A stretch of 63,814 nt of DNA, the filler included, from Folioceros fuciformis (taxonomy: Eukaryota), in assembly GCA_049999805.1 (NCBI GenBank). It is 6 parts of 6 records of this genome, joined end to end, with 100 filler letters (N's around TTAATTAATTAA, not from the genome) between each part and the next. Parts side by side here need not be neighbours in the genome. Positions count along the whole stretch, not along the records: positions 1 to 18,153 come from JBNGIO010002028.1; 5 more parts are not named here. One strand, 5' to 3'. This document shows positions 1 to 13,337 of this stretch, one piece after another; the first letter of the stretch is position 1, and every line of letters starts with the position of its first letter. Under the pieces are notes generated by a model, which saw only the letters and a program-made list of their open reading frames with translations, was not told where the DNA came from and did not search any database. The position numbers and the translations under genes were made by a program.

Positions 1-283
1 GCTCTGGTGGTCCCCGCCACCCAACAAAAACAAACACGAAAAAAAACGAAAAGGAAAGGGGGGGAAAAAGAAAAGTGAAATGCCCGGTCCATGGTCATGA
101 CTGCGTTCCTTGTCCATGGACTTGGTGGGGTGGGTAGAGGTAGATATGGAGTGGAGTGAGGGACACGGGAAAGGGCATTTGGCTTTTAACGACCCACGAG
201 CCTATGGGCCCAGGGAAGGAGGCAGGCAGGCAGGCAGGGTGGCGCCATGGGACCAGGCGGCCCGTCGCCCCCCGCGCTCCTGC

Positions 284-3200
284 TCCTCCTCCTCCTCCTC
301 CTCCTCCTCCTTGGAACGCCAGAGCGTCGTCGTCATGCGGATAGAGTTCCAACCATCTGGAGCAGATACAGACGCAGACGCGCAGACCCGTAGACCCGCA
401 CACTGGACTCACCCTCGTTATTATGGAAAGGAAGGACCAAAGGAAGCAGCAAAGCAAGTGAGGGCGCACGCCGGGACAGCGCCATTGCACCGCCACCGCT
501 TCGGATAAGCTGCACCTGCACCTGCACCTGCACCTCCACCTGCACCTGCAGCCCAGCATCGCTTACCGCCTAGTGTTGATGGGATGGGGGGCGGGCCGCG
601 AGCTGCGGCCACGGGCCGCGGGCCCATGCCCGTAGATTCGCAACTGGGCAACCAAATGCGGGCACAAAGGGAGAAGCAACAAAAAAGAACCCATAAACTA
701 TTTCGCGCAGATTCCACCCCACCTCCTGCCCGGATGGCCACTTTCTGGACAGGAATGCGAATGCGAATGGGAATGGGAATGGGAATGGGAATGGGAATGG
801 GAATGGAATAGGAAGGGGAATGAGGCCACCATGCTCAAGTGGGGCTCAACATGGATGAAGAAGCTGCGACAGTCTTGTATCCACATGCAGGCGGGCGGGC
901 GAGCAGGCGGGCGGGCGGGCGGGAGTTACATGGCTACATATTTTTGTTGTTGTTGTTGCTGCTTTCCCGCAGAACTTGTACCAGTCCAGCACAGAGGACC
1001 CGCCTTGGCCCCTCCCTCCCGTGCCCCTTACGAATCCTCAAAGGTGGAAGGAAAGATTTCTCCCCCACCCCCCGCTTCCTCCGCGTGTGGGATGTAGAGC
1101 ACCCGGTGAGACGAGGCGGCCCGATTCGGGCCGTGGCGTTCGTGCGGGAAGGGGAATATTAAGTGACAAGTGCTGCAAGTCCCAGCAGAGCAGAAGGCAC
1201 CCGAATCCCGATTCGGGTCGGGTCGGGGGAGTCAGTGGAATGTCGCTGGATGAGGGGCCGGCGGTTGACGCTGTCAGGCACCACCAGCCTCGCCTTACCC
1301 GGCTGGCTTGTCTGCCGGTCCGGGTCCGGGTCCGGGTTCGGGTTCCGGTCCCGGTCCCGGTCCCGGTCCCGGTTCGGGTTCCGGTCCCGGTCCCGGTCCG
1401 GGGACCTCACCTGTCCCGTCGCGCTACACGGCGCTCTGGGGTAAGCGGTGGACACGTACCCGGGGACGAGGACGGGGATGGCTATGGCTATGGCTATGGC
1501 TATGGCTATGGCTCCATCCCGACTGTGCTCCTCGTCTCCCTGCCCAGCCCGGTGGCCAGGTGTGGCCCGGCCAGGGCCCACGCCGCTGTCGAGCTAATCA
1601 CTTACCCAATAATAAGACAAGACGCGGACTGTTTGAGAAGTGGCAGTGTGTCAGTGGCTTGACTCGGTTAGTCGTGACCTGACCTGACCTGACCTGACCT
1701 GACCTGACCTGACCTGACTCTCAGGCTGCCGGATCTTGGGACACAGGCCAACGCCAATTATTACCCGCCACCAGCCCGCATCGGGCCGCTCCGGTAGCCC
1801 GGCCCAAAGCGGCAGCGGCCCACACATACAGATATGTGTAGGCTCCACACCGTCTCGTTTAATTCCTTGTCTCTTACTGGGGATACGCTTTCGCACAGTG
1901 CAGGATAAGCGGTACCCCTCCCGCACGCTGCCCCTTTCCTTTCCTAGTAACTTTACCCATTCCTCCTCCCGAGAATACATCGCCGGGACCGGGACCTTGA
2001 CCGGGCGAGGGCCCTATCTGACCCGGGGTCCTTACACCTCGTCTCCTTCTTATCTTGTTCATAAATTATCATACATTCAGGTAGCCAGCCCTAGAATGTA
2101 TATGACCAGGTAGGTACACCCAGCCTTGGCGTTTCCAAAACTGCTGATCAGATCCAAAAGAGGAATTACATGGGTGGTATTGTTCAGTAGCACCCACATC
2201 TCCGGGTAGGCCACGGCAGGTCAAGGCAAGCCAAGGTGGATTTATCCAACATAGAGTATCACTTCATGCGTCGGTACTGCACTTTGAACTGCAACTCAGC
2301 TCTACCCACAGCTGCCCTTGTCCCGCCTTGCCCTTGGAGTATGTACATAAAGCTGCGTACTTGGCATGTCTTTCTACATCACAAACAACGCACAGCTCAC
2401 CCCGCCTGCAGATAGTCACGTTCAAACTTTGGTGCAACTTGGCGCCCATGTCAGAATATGCGGGTTTGGTATGACGGGTCAATGTCATATATATGTAGCA
2501 ATCGAGAAAGTTGTGCTAGGATAGGGTGTTGCAATGCAAGTGCATTTATTTGAACCAACTTTCGAATTGGGATAGTACAAAGAAGCAAAGGACACATGTC
2601 ACAGTTGTCATCCTGGTTCTTTGCTTCTTGTCCTTCGTGTGTACTGGCATCCATCGTACCAAAGCTCACCTTTCACTACGCGGCATGAAAGAAAGAGGGA
2701 GTGCAAGCCTAAGGGAGGGAAGTACGTACTTACGCAATGCAATCAAAGCCCATGACAATGTACTGCTATCTGGAGAGGCAGACCCATGACACAGTACTAG
2801 TACTCCAACTTGAAGAGGCAAAAGAATGACAAAGTCCTGCTATTGGTATAACGACGCAGGCAAGCAGGCAGGCAGGCAAAGGCACCTTCAGTGCAATCAT
2901 AAGGCATAAGCAATGCAATTGAAAGGGTACTGGAATTGTTGCGCAGATTTCTCTTTGAATCATGTGATTCTCGAGTAGGCGTTAGACAACATGATGCACT
3001 ACATCTTCTGGTGTGCTGCTTCATCCGTAGCACACAATCTCACATGTGAGAGGCCGTAGGATACGCATATAATCTCACATGTAAGAGGCTGTAGGATACA
3101 TGTCACATGTGATATGTGCAGTACATCCCCACAGATGTAGCCAAATTGCTCCTCGTGAATTTCCTTCCGCAAGGAATGAGTGAACGAGTCAGAAGTGTAC

Positions 3201-6200
3201 CCACTCTTCTATCTATATTGGACATGGACAAGGACAAGGACAAGGACATGTGATTGCAAACTAGGCTTGGAATTTGTTCATTCCTTCAACTTGCAACAAG
3301 TTGGCACCCTTTACACTGAATTGTGAGACAATGATGTAGACTTGTACTAATTTATTTCTCCTTCATGTATAGGTCACGCTCATATATGAAGATGACAAAG
3401 ATGTTTTTGCATTCAAAGCAAAGTGCACAACCCAGGTTGATGGTGACGTGTGTGTTTAAAGTGATGATTAAGAATATGAGATATTTTTGGAATTATTAAG
3501 AAGCAGTTATGACTATGAAGTGAGCGGGAGAAGGTACATGTATGATTCCAGGTTAATTGTGCCGCTCCATCCAGGAAGATGCCTAATCATCTTTGAGGTT
3601 TCGTGTGGGCAACACTTTGTATGATAATAAAGATACCTGCCTATCCTTTTGGTTGGGGAGCTAATTCCTTGCAGCACATAATATCCAATTACTGTATGCT
3701 GATATTAAATATTATAGTGAGTAATTGGTGGATGAGCTTGAACATGAGTCGATTAACATGTACAGACCGAATAGCATGGTGATATTAAATTTGGATGGGT
3801 GTCATTCATACGTGGGCAGTGAACGTATCATCTAGATAAGTGTGAAAAACACGTTGTATCCAAGGCTACATAGCATAATGAAAAGGAGCAAGAGTGGGAG
3901 AGAGACAAAGAAGAGCAGCTCCCAATGTTGATATTTGATACATGGGAAGGGAAGGAGGGCATCGGAAGACGAAGCTGGAAATGAGAATGTGCGTGGAGGG
4001 AAGGAAAAAAGAGGAAATGGGCGGGGCGGTGGCGATGTTGGGAGGCAGGAAAAGGGGAAAAAGGAAAGCGAATATTGTGGGCGGGGCCGGGGCTGGGCAG
4101 GGAAGACTTCAGGAGGAGTGTTAATAAGAGGTGCAGGTTGAGGTTCAGGTTCAGGTCTAGGTGCAGGTGCAGATGCAGGTGCAGGTCCAGCTGGGCGAGG
4201 TCCAGGCAGATACAACAATTTTGTGGCGTTTGCTGAGCGGAGTGGAGGGGATCTGTTGAAGGAAGTGGAGCCAGGCGATCGAGGGGAAAAGGGCAGGAAG
4301 GAGTCAGCGTAGGCTGCCTAGGTAGTATAAAGCCTGGAAATACAAGAATGGAGGGAAGGCAAATGGCAAACGGGGGCCCCGGCCCCGGCCCCGGTCCAGG
4401 CCATGGCCGTGCGTGGGCCTCCCCTTACAGGCACTTGGCACCTCGCACCTCGCTCTTTGGCCATTGGAGCCCCCTGATATTTGGCTCTCCACGTCATGTG
4501 GATAGGCCCTGGGTCCCCGTCTCGGCTCAGCCGCCTAGACAAGAGAGGAGAAGAGCAGGGAAGAGACGAGGCAGGCAGTCTCACGGATTCCAGCATCGTG
4601 GCTGGCCTGCCCCACCCATTCATTGCTGCCCTCAATTTCATACAATAATGTGGGCAGGGGAAGAGGGGGAGGAAACACCCAACACCTGGGACCCCTGCAA
4701 GGACCCAGGACCCAGGCTACAGCGACTTTGGCATACGCATGTAGGAGTATGGGAGACGAGACTAGACTGTGACGAGACGAGGCAAGACAAGACGAGACGA
4801 GTCGAGACAAGACGAGACGAAGCGAGACAAGACAAAAACCTCTGAGGGTGGTGGGGGTGGTGGAATCTGGGATTCATCCATCCCTCCTTCCTTAACTTGA
4901 ACTTTGTGATCGGTCATCGGTAAATTAAGAGCTTATGCGGAGTAGGTGATGAGGATAGGTGAGTAAGGAGGGAGGCGTGCAGGATAAGCAAGGGCAGGGT
5001 AGGGCAGGGCAGAATAGCGCAGGACAGGCCTGATCCTGTTATATCGCTCTCCACTGGGCTGAGCTTTGAAACTTGGCCCTGGTGCCGGACTGTGGAGTGT
5101 GGCCAGCAAAGGACATGACGCAAGTGGACATGGCCATGGTGGGTCGGGAAACGAAGCGTCTAGAAGACGGGAAACTTGAGCCCGGGAGGGCCAGGGCCAG
5201 GGCCAGGGCCATGGCCAGGGCCAGGGAAGGCAAGGGATGGCGACATTCAACTACCCTCGACCCCAGCCAGTCGAGGACAGGACAGAGTGAGGCGGGGCCA
5301 GGCCGGGCCGGGACTGGAATGGGCTGGACTGGACGGAGCATAATTAAAGTGAAGTGGGGCTGGGGGGAGCGGGGGGGAGTCGTGGTCGTGGTCTCTGAAA
5401 CACCCCTCTGCTCGGCTCTGCTAGGCTCTGTCTCTGTGCGGCCAGAGCCAGTGGATGGCAGACACGCAAGAAGGACCTCGCGCGCATCTTCAATCTTTGA
5501 TCGCCGATGCGATACGGTGCGGTGCGATGCCCATGCGATGCCATGCTTCACGTGGTGCGTGATGTGACGCTTACGAGTCCCGTCCCCATACGGCCCGCCA
5601 TTTCTTTCCCCTCCTCTTTACGCTCTCTTTTCATTGGAGCCGCACTCTGCCTTCCCCTCTGCTTCCACTAAATGTAATTCAAAGCAGGCCGCAGGGCTCC
5701 GGATAGCACAGTAGGGCAGGGCAGGGCGGGGCAGGGCAGTGGGCTGCCCACCTCTGCAAGCTCCCTGTATGTACCCTAATCGTGTGGGGCCCGCCGTCAC
5801 GTCTAGACGCCGTCAACGCTGGTCAAGCCTGAGGCCTGGCCCGGCCCTGGCCCCGGCCCCGGCCCCGGCCCCGGCCCCGGGCCCGGGCCCGTGCCCATGC
5901 CCGGGCCTGGGCCTGCGGTAATCTGCACTCTGCCACACACGACTGCGACTTGCCCACAACCACGTCAGTACGACTCCACTCCACTCCACGCGACTGGACT
6001 GGACTCGACTCCGGACTGCCGACTGCCGACTCCGCCAGTCCACGGAACGGGCTCCGACCTCTTCGGCAGGAACACGCACGGCACGGCACGGCACACTGGA
6101 CACGCCCCACATGCTGCAAACAGCACGCGGACACGCCCCCCGTTATATACAGCAAGATATTAGCCCTGGCCGCCCGCCCTGACCGGCCGGACTGGCGGAC

Positions 6201-7646
6201 CGCCTACCTCTTAACCAGGCAATTAACAGCTCACGGGGCTGGAGTTAGGGCTGCGTTTAACGTCTCCTTGCCCTCGAGATTTATCAAGCTACGCTAGTGG
6301 GGTTGGGGCTTCTTCCCCGGCTTCCTGCCCGGCCCCTAGTTACCACTCCGCTCCACTGAGGGAATGGGGCATAGCCAGCGGATCGGCTGCTCCTGCCCTG
6401 TCCTTCCCGTCTAGTGCTAACAGGAATCTTGTAATGTTGTTGGACTTTCAACCACCTGCGGCTTCGGCTTGCTAGGGGCTTCGAAGGGCTTTCTTTGGCT
6501 TCAACTTCGGATTCCACTTATACCTCACCCGATTGAAGCCAGGGGGAGGGAGAGAGCGAGGGAGGGAGACTCCGAAGCTTCCCAAGCTTTTGTATATTAT
6601 TGTCAAAGTGGTTGGTTGCATGAAATGGAACTGGAGGGAAGAAGCGGCCATGCATGCATGCTTCATACCCCCACACTGCACATTCACAACACTAGCTGAG
6701 GAGGACAGCACCGCCCCGAACCACACCTTTCACCTCCACAACCATTCTGCTTTCATGCGCCTTGCGTTGTCTACTCCTTACCACTCCTTTGCCCTCCATG
6801 TAAATTGTGCTGCCTTACATGTTCAAGGCACACACAACACACACGCGCGCACACAATGTTTTAGTGTTGCACCATTTTTGGTACCATCGCCCACGCGGGG
6901 ATGGTCCCACGCTGCTCCTCGGTGGCTACCTCTGCTTGGTGCTACAGCAAGCAGCCTGCCCAGCCCCGCCCTACCCTGCCCTGCCCTGCCCTGCCCTGCC
7001 ACGCTACACGCCCGAGCTCGAAATCTGCGCCATGTTTATGCGCATAAGTCTTTGTTTCATTTCACAGTTCTCTTCCTTCCACTGTCGTACACTCAGTCGG
7101 AGCGGGAGCAGCAGCAGCCAAATAGGTGACATGCATGCTTGGCTTTTCTCTGAGCTGGTAAGCGAACCACAAGACTACCGCCAAGTCGCGCACCGAGCCC
7201 AGCACATGCCCATTCCCATTCCCAATCTCAACCCAAACCCCAACCCCAACCCCAGTAGCAGGAAGCGGCACATGCATGCGCCGCACGGCACCGCGCCGCT
7301 CCGCACCGTCGCGAGCTCCCTCGCTCGCAACCAGCAATCTGTTCGTCACCGATTTGACGATCAGTTAGGGTTACCAGGCCGAGACACATGGCGGACGCGT
7401 GTCGCCACCCTAATTCTCCTGACATTGATTCCCTTGGTTCGCCCCAAACTCGAGGGCGTGCCGCTGCCGGACTCGTTCGCCTTTCTCTTTTTCTTGCTCC
7501 ACACCTACATATGTGATGTAAGCAATTCCATGCAATTCCCTTGTACGGGGAACGCCTACGCCTGGTTTTACTTACTTACATAATGAAGTGGCGCATCATT
7601 ACACCTACACGCGCCGGCCCAGCGTCCTCCTCCTCCTCCTCCTCCT
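284..7646. repeat. Microsatellite-dense, GC-rich region with no convincing coding sequence
   Basis: Many short tandem arrays: (TCC)n 284-310 and 7625-7646, (TGCACC)n 511-550, (GAATGG)n ~752-808, (CCGGGT/CCGGTC)n ~1316-1400, (GGCTAT)n ~1480-1512, (GACCT)n 1676-1716, (GAGAC/AGACG)n ~4755-4833, (GGCCCC)n ~5838-5890, (GCCCT)n ~6963-6999. ORFs here are low-complexity translations of the repeats. Confidence 0.85.
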
Positions 7647-10379
7647 CGGGAATGATGGAGGGGAGTGGCCACCAGGCGCACAGCCTCCAGCAGCAACCAG
7701 GTCAGGCGGCAGGGACAGGGAAGCACCCAGGAAGCAGGTGCCACACTCTCCTCACTGGCCACCTGCTGCAACCGGTTACCCGCTTCCTCCTCTTCCTTCT
7801 CCTCCAGGAGAAGGCGCACAGGCGCAAAGACACAGGCCAGTCTCAGGCGCAGGAATAATAAGTCCTCAAATGGGGAGAGGGAGGACAGGGAATAGATACA
7901 TACTACTAGGCAAGGAGCCGGATCACGGCAGATCTGGCAGGGGGCCAGTTGCCAGTGCAACAGACGGAAGGAAGGAACGAGAGAAAGGGAGGTAGGCAGC
8001 CAGGGAGCGCCAGATACCTTATTGCGCGTCACGATCCGATTTTCGTCTGCCACAAGCCGGATATATACTTACATATTATGTACATTTCTTTTGATTGCGG
8101 GTGTCAGGGAGGAGGAGATCGAGACCAGCAGGTAACCATGACTCCGTCTTTTGTACCTTCCCGACTCCGACTTGTCATGTCCCAATTTTCTGACATCGTC
8201 AAGCCTCTCGCTTACAGACAGGCGTGCATGTACCTTTCTGCTACACCTGCTTTCCTACCCTTCCCAGCGAGAGGTCAATCGGGGACGGAGAGAAGATACT
8301 TACACACAACCTTCACCCAAGTGTCCACCACCCACCATCGAGAGATGCCTGTCACCAGTTGGGCAATCATCAGGCACGGGACATGATCCAGCCTCAGGGA
8401 CGATACCAGACGACACCAAAGCAGAGTAGAGGATATTCTTCTCCTGGACCCTTGTCATCTTCGTCGCTGTGACGTCCCACAGTGGGAAACGGATCCAGGC
8501 GCAGCAGCGGGCCAACACAACCTGGATTCCCCACGCTTACAACCTCTAGGTAAAGGCGTATGTGTGTGTGTAGGTAACTAGTACGTACATAAGGGTGGGA
8601 GTCGGGACACACCTACCCTCTCCTCTTTGGATCCCTTTACTCCCTCCGCACTTACCTGCGTCGAATCCCAGGCGCTCGCTTTGAGGCACACTCGAGATGG
8701 CCTCTTCCAGGACCCCACTTCGCCCTAGTGCTGCACAAGCACCAGCACAAGGAGCATCAGCAGTACCCATCAGCGATAGCAGGAGCGGTATTGGCAACGC
8801 CTCTCCATTTCCTTTCCACCCACGGGAGATGAGATCACTCTGGGCCCAGCTTGTCTACATCTCTGCCTCTGCATCCGGCTCCTTGCAGCCCATCGCTTAC
8901 TCATCTCCTCCTCAATGACAATATATATTTACATATATCTGCAACATCGCAACAGGTAACCACCACTCCGTCCTCAAGGCTTTTCCTTCAACTACATGAC
9001 GTGCAGACCTCACTCACTTCACCCATCCTCGCTCTGCTCGTGCCTGCCGAATCTGAATCATACCAACTCCTCTGCAACTTCATGTCCATGTCCAAAACTG
9101 CCAGCCCTCTTCCTCTTGCGCTGGAGCAGGCTTTGAAAACGACGCTCATCCCCGATTCGCATGCAGGAGAGCGAGCTGAAACCTGGTCCACTGCTCACTT
9201 CCGGGGGTCCTTCTCCCGCACCGTCGGGGACTTACCAACTCCTTCGTGCTCCCCGTGTGCCACACATGACGGCCAACCTAGGGATGGAGCTTTGTAGAAG
9301 AAGCCCTGCTCTGCCCTGCCCTGTCCTGCCCTACCCGGCCATGCTTTCTCACGAACATGCTTAAAACATGGACGTAGACAATTCGCGAGACCTGAGACAC
9401 ATATTGGCACACTCATCACCACCTTTCTTTATGCCACCCCTACATCTCCTCTCACATCCAGTCCCAGTTCTCACCCTCACAATTATCAACGACAAGCAGG
9501 TAGCTAGCAGGACACAAACCGATCCGCCCCCACCCTCAATGCTTCTGCAACCCTGCCCGCCTTCCATACACGGATCACTCACGTCCCCTCAAGCCTTCTT
9601 TTGTTCAACGGAGCGATGCATCCTAGCTACGTCCATCATTCAGGGCCTCACTATCATTTCTGCAGGTATCTTGTCAACTACCTTCTCATCAACGCTTCTG
9701 GCCCCACACGACGCGTCTCTTCTACACCTTGACATATTTCCTTCTACAGCCAAATCTAGTCTGCCATAACCGTTCTGAGCTCATGAGCACAACAGACCAC
9801 GCCATATCCCCCCTTGCCCCTTCTTGGCAGCAAGGCCATAACTGGAAGAGCACCACTGCAAATCAAGACTAAAACTCCCGCACACCACAACAAGGAAAGG
9901 TTATCAGAAAGCAACAACAACCAACACTGCTGCCAAGGAGCCCCCTTCATATACAAACAACATACAGCTACTCCAACTGGTGCCAAGTAGGGGTGCAAAG
10001 TAGGGGAAGCACACTCACATACCTCAGCCGTGCGCTCCATGTTCAGCGACCTGAGCGCTCCAATTCAGTACAGTGGTTCAGTTCCTCGTTTTAGGTCACC
10101 GGCACAATTCACATACGTGCATTTACAGCTGGATCAGCCCGACGTCCAACGCGGCAAGCTGCCGAGATGTGGGAATCTGGAAAAGGTAGTGAGCTAAGGG
10201 TTTGATTTTGTGGCGCCGAAGCACTGGAGATTGTGGGTCTCACTTTTCCTCTGCGGCCACTGCTGCAGCTCGACTTGACTGCTCACGGCGGCGGTTACGA
10301 GCACAGGACTGGTCGTAGGGCCATGAACTTGGACACGGTCAGCCCGGCCCGATGCTGCTTCCGTCTCAGACTCGGCGGC

Positions 10380-12110
10380 CATGGAGTTGGACCGGAGGAC
10401 CCTGTACAGCCCGGATCAAGCGTTTGCTTCGGCATCTGGAATTTGCGGATATCTGGGAGGTGTATATCATGGATGAGCAGAAGAACCGCAAGTGGGAGGT
10501 GATGCAGTCGCAGGAGGAAGAGGAGGTGAAGTGAATCCAATCAGTGACTGGTGACACACGTCAACTCAGCGAGATGGTGGACCAAGGCAACGCTATACTT
10601 TGCTCCTCTAGTGGCTCCAATTATCGCTTTTGCATCCTGATTGTCATCAACAAGGACCGGCTTGTGTGGAAGTTTTGGGATTCATACGAGAGCCATGTTG
10701 AGGGGCATGGGCAAGGCTGTTCTGAGCGTAAGATTCGTGGATGTGACACCCAAAAGCAAGATGGTCGAGGGCAGCGGAACTTGCGTGCCACTTGCCCTCG
10801 AGGTACTTTTGACTCGACGATGCATGAATCCCAATGTCATGTGTGCGGTATGCTGCAACTTGTATTCCATCCTGAATGTGAGAGCGAGAGTTGGAATTTG
10901 AGTCATTGTGGAAGTTTTTGGGATTAATACGAAAGCCATTGGAGGGGTATGGGCTGGGCTGTTCTAAGCATAAGACTGGTGGGTGTGATACACAAAACCA
11001 AGGAATTCGAGAAGGAAGTGGAATCGCCTCTCATGAGTTAGCCATAGCAAAACTGATCTATCACGGTGTGTACTCTTGTGTGGACCACCACGAGCCACTG
11101 AAACACCATGCTAGCAAAAGCATTATTCGACCTCACCATTTATCCATGTGGGGGGGGGCTGAGTGTCTAGGAGTAACTGGGTGACTTTGGCATGTCTTCT
11201 CATAAGTTTCAAAATTCTAGTATGAGGGACATTGAATTGATGCAACCTACCTACTTAATTCTGTTTCAGTGATGGGGAAGAAGCTTCTTGGACGTCGTAG
11301 GAGCTATGGATGGTACGCGATGTGTTCAGACTGGCGAGGAAAATTGCTGCAGCAATTATCTACATCGAGGAAATCGGTGCCATACTACTAGCACGGTTTG
11401 GTGCTCAAACTGGACAACGCAACGGATATTGGTGGAGCTTCTGAGCCCTGTCTGTCCTTTCTGTGTGAAGCTTGCTGAGCCGGATTCTCCTTGTTCACTT
11501 TTCGTGAGGTGAACTTAACTCTGTGGCACATGCTTTTGCAGATAGACTGGTTCTAACGGAAGGTGATGATCGCAACAAACAGAGTAAACACGCCCAATCT
11601 AGCTTTGCTTCAGTCGGGCCGTTCTGACAGGAAACTCGAATTCTCTTTGCGGACCTGAGACCGAAAGGTTTTAACGTGTCTGGTCCATGCTGCCATGCTC
11701 TCTCTGGCTTTGCGCCATCGATGAACGTTCCGATCGAGACGTCGCTAATTTGTGGTTTCCAATTTACACATCCAGGTTTGGTCAGCGAAGATAAAGCTGG
11801 GTATGCCGTCCCTCTCTGCAATTGGGCATTGGTGGACATACGGAACAGGATCGTGATTATCTATGATATCTTACAAGCATGTCCAGGTTTGCACAGCAAA
11901 ATATGAACCTTAGAAATGAAGGGTGCCGACAACAACAGCATTAGGGTGTGGTTGTCAACAGTTGTTAGCATCCAACACAGTTGCCGGAGCGCTTGGTTTT
12001 TGGGTGCTAACAATGGCATCGCTGGGTCTCAGGTAGCAGCCACATGTCGAGAAGAAGGGATTCATGCACTGAGGCAGAACGCAATGTCATTCACCGAAAT
12101 ACTTCTAGAA
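10380..12110 (+). pseudogene. RPT3: 26S proteasome AAA-ATPase RPT3 pseudogene
   Basis: Collinear degenerate blocks: RIKRLLRHLEFADIWEVYIMDEQKN..EEVK*IQSV..EMVDQGNAILCSSSGSNY (~10410-10660); [43 protein letters not shown] (~11310-11445); VMIATNRVNTPNLALLQSGRSDRKLEF (~11563-11645); SQVAATCREEGIHALRQN (~12026-12080). These match recalled RPT3 motifs but carry stops, frameshifts and a broken Walker B and arginine finger. Confidence 0.8.
10665..11011. repeat. Diverged ~100-bp direct repeat pair interrupting the RPT3 pseudogene
   Basis: tgtggaagttttgggattcatacgagagccatg...gtgacacccaaaagcaag at 10665 and tgtggaagtttttgggattaatacgaaagccatt...gtgatacacaaaaccaag at 10907. Confidence 0.7.
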
Positions 12111-12300
12111 CGTGTGACGATCGAACACGGGGCAGTGCGGTACACAAGTTTCTCCTCCCACACATGTAGCATATGTCATAAGTCCTGCAGCAACGTCAAT
12201 AAGGTTATTGACTATGACATAACAGAGAGAGCCAGCGAACACCGGACAGAAAGAGAAAGGGATCGTGCACCATGGCTAAACCTGTGATGAAGACGAATTT

Positions 12301-12936
12301 TCATGGGAACGTCTTGGATAGCCGGTCTTCGGAACCGTCAGAGTTGGTGAGGTCTTCGACAAGAACGTGACGTTTACAGGCTTGAATGCAAGACGGACAC
12401 GATGATCGTCTCCGGAGCCATGGGTCTATACAGGTCAAGTGAAATGTGTGCGTACAAGGTAGACGACGGACTATGTCTCCGTCTTTAAGTTTTTCATAAC
12501 ATACGACACAGATCTGTTCTTCGACTCCATCAACCCCGCCATCTTCGTTGGGCAGCTGTCGGACTGTATCTTGAGTAACACCCGGCCCGACATCTATCCG
12601 CGGGCCACCGCAACTGCTGGCCGCTTGGCTATAAATTTGCACGACAGAGGCATCCGGCAACGAGACCGCAGGGCTTGGCACTAGACTGTTGGGAGGCAAC
12701 AAGACCTCAGGGCTTGGCAATGCGCTGTTGGGAGTCAACGAGTCCTCAGGGATTCGCGCTAGGCTGTAGGGAGGCAACGGGACCCCAGGGCTTGGCACTG
12801 GACTGTTGGGAGGCAACGGGACCCCAGGGCTTGGAACTGGCCCGTTGGGAGCCAACGCAGCATCGCCGTTGCTTGCTACTTCCCTCGCCCTCCAGCATTT
12901 GCATCGCTGCACCAGACAACATCTGTTCCCCATCAT
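12301..12936 (-). CDS. RING-H2 E3 ubiquitin ligase with Pro-rich 13-aa repeats and an N-terminal MGNRCC motif
   Basis: Intronless ORF with CVVC...LPCTHTFHLTCIDPWL...SCPSC (C3H2C3). Five 39-nt repeats (PNSPVPSPGVPLP-like) lie at ~12660-12850. Start is ATG 12936 or 12933. Confidence 0.8.
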   Translation of the reverse strand: MMGNRCCLVQRCKCWRAREVASNGDAALAPNGPVPSPGVPLPPNSPVPSPGVPLPPYSLARIPEDSLTPNSALPSPEVLLPPNSLVPSPAVSLPDASVVQIYSQAASSCGGPRIDVGPGVTQDTVRQLPNEDGGVDGVEEQICVVCYEKLKDGDIVRRLPCTHTFHLTCIDPWLRRRSSCPSCIQACKRHVLVEDLTNSDGSEDRLSKTFP

Positions 12937-13294
12937 GCACAGCCGCAACAAACGAGCACCAAGTCACGAATGCGATCAGGTTGGATCGAAACTCTTGCCT
13001 ATAACGCCAGCCACAGATGCGGAAGTCGGTCGGCCTTCCAGAAACTCTTGCACCAGAACGGAGCCCTTTCGCCTTCCCGTCTCACGACCCGGGTGTCTCA
13101 TGGGACCTGCCCGCGGCTTCCCACATAACTCATGTGCAGGGGGGCAACGTAAGCGCTGCCCAAGCAGATGCGCCATGGCCGAGACAATCTTCGTCTTCCG
13201 GTGACACCTGTACCTAAAAAGGTGGTGGTGCAACTGCGATGGAATATGCAGAGCAGGGCCTGTTTCACACTTGGCGGACCTCAAGTCTCACCCA

Positions 13295-13300
13295 TATAAA
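13295..13300 (+). promoter_or_regulatory. Probable TATA box of the lectin gene
   Basis: TATAAA about 40 nt upstream of ATG 13338. Confidence 0.45.
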
Positions 13301-13337
13301 GCGGAGGCCGAGCTTCATACCCGGTCCCGGAGAAATC

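Noticed and set aside
5755-5775. Partial miR160-like match (gctccctgtatg); also ggggaatgaggcc near 814 resembling the miR166 complement
   Set aside because: Only about 12 nt match and no fold-back partner was found.
95-6300. Many 100-230 aa ORFs
   Set aside because: They are translations of GC-rich microsatellites in overlapping frames with no domain signal.
8650-9200. Possible PPR remnant on the minus strand (SVVFKACSS, ALGRSGVLEEA)
   Set aside because: Too short and fragmented to support without an alignment.
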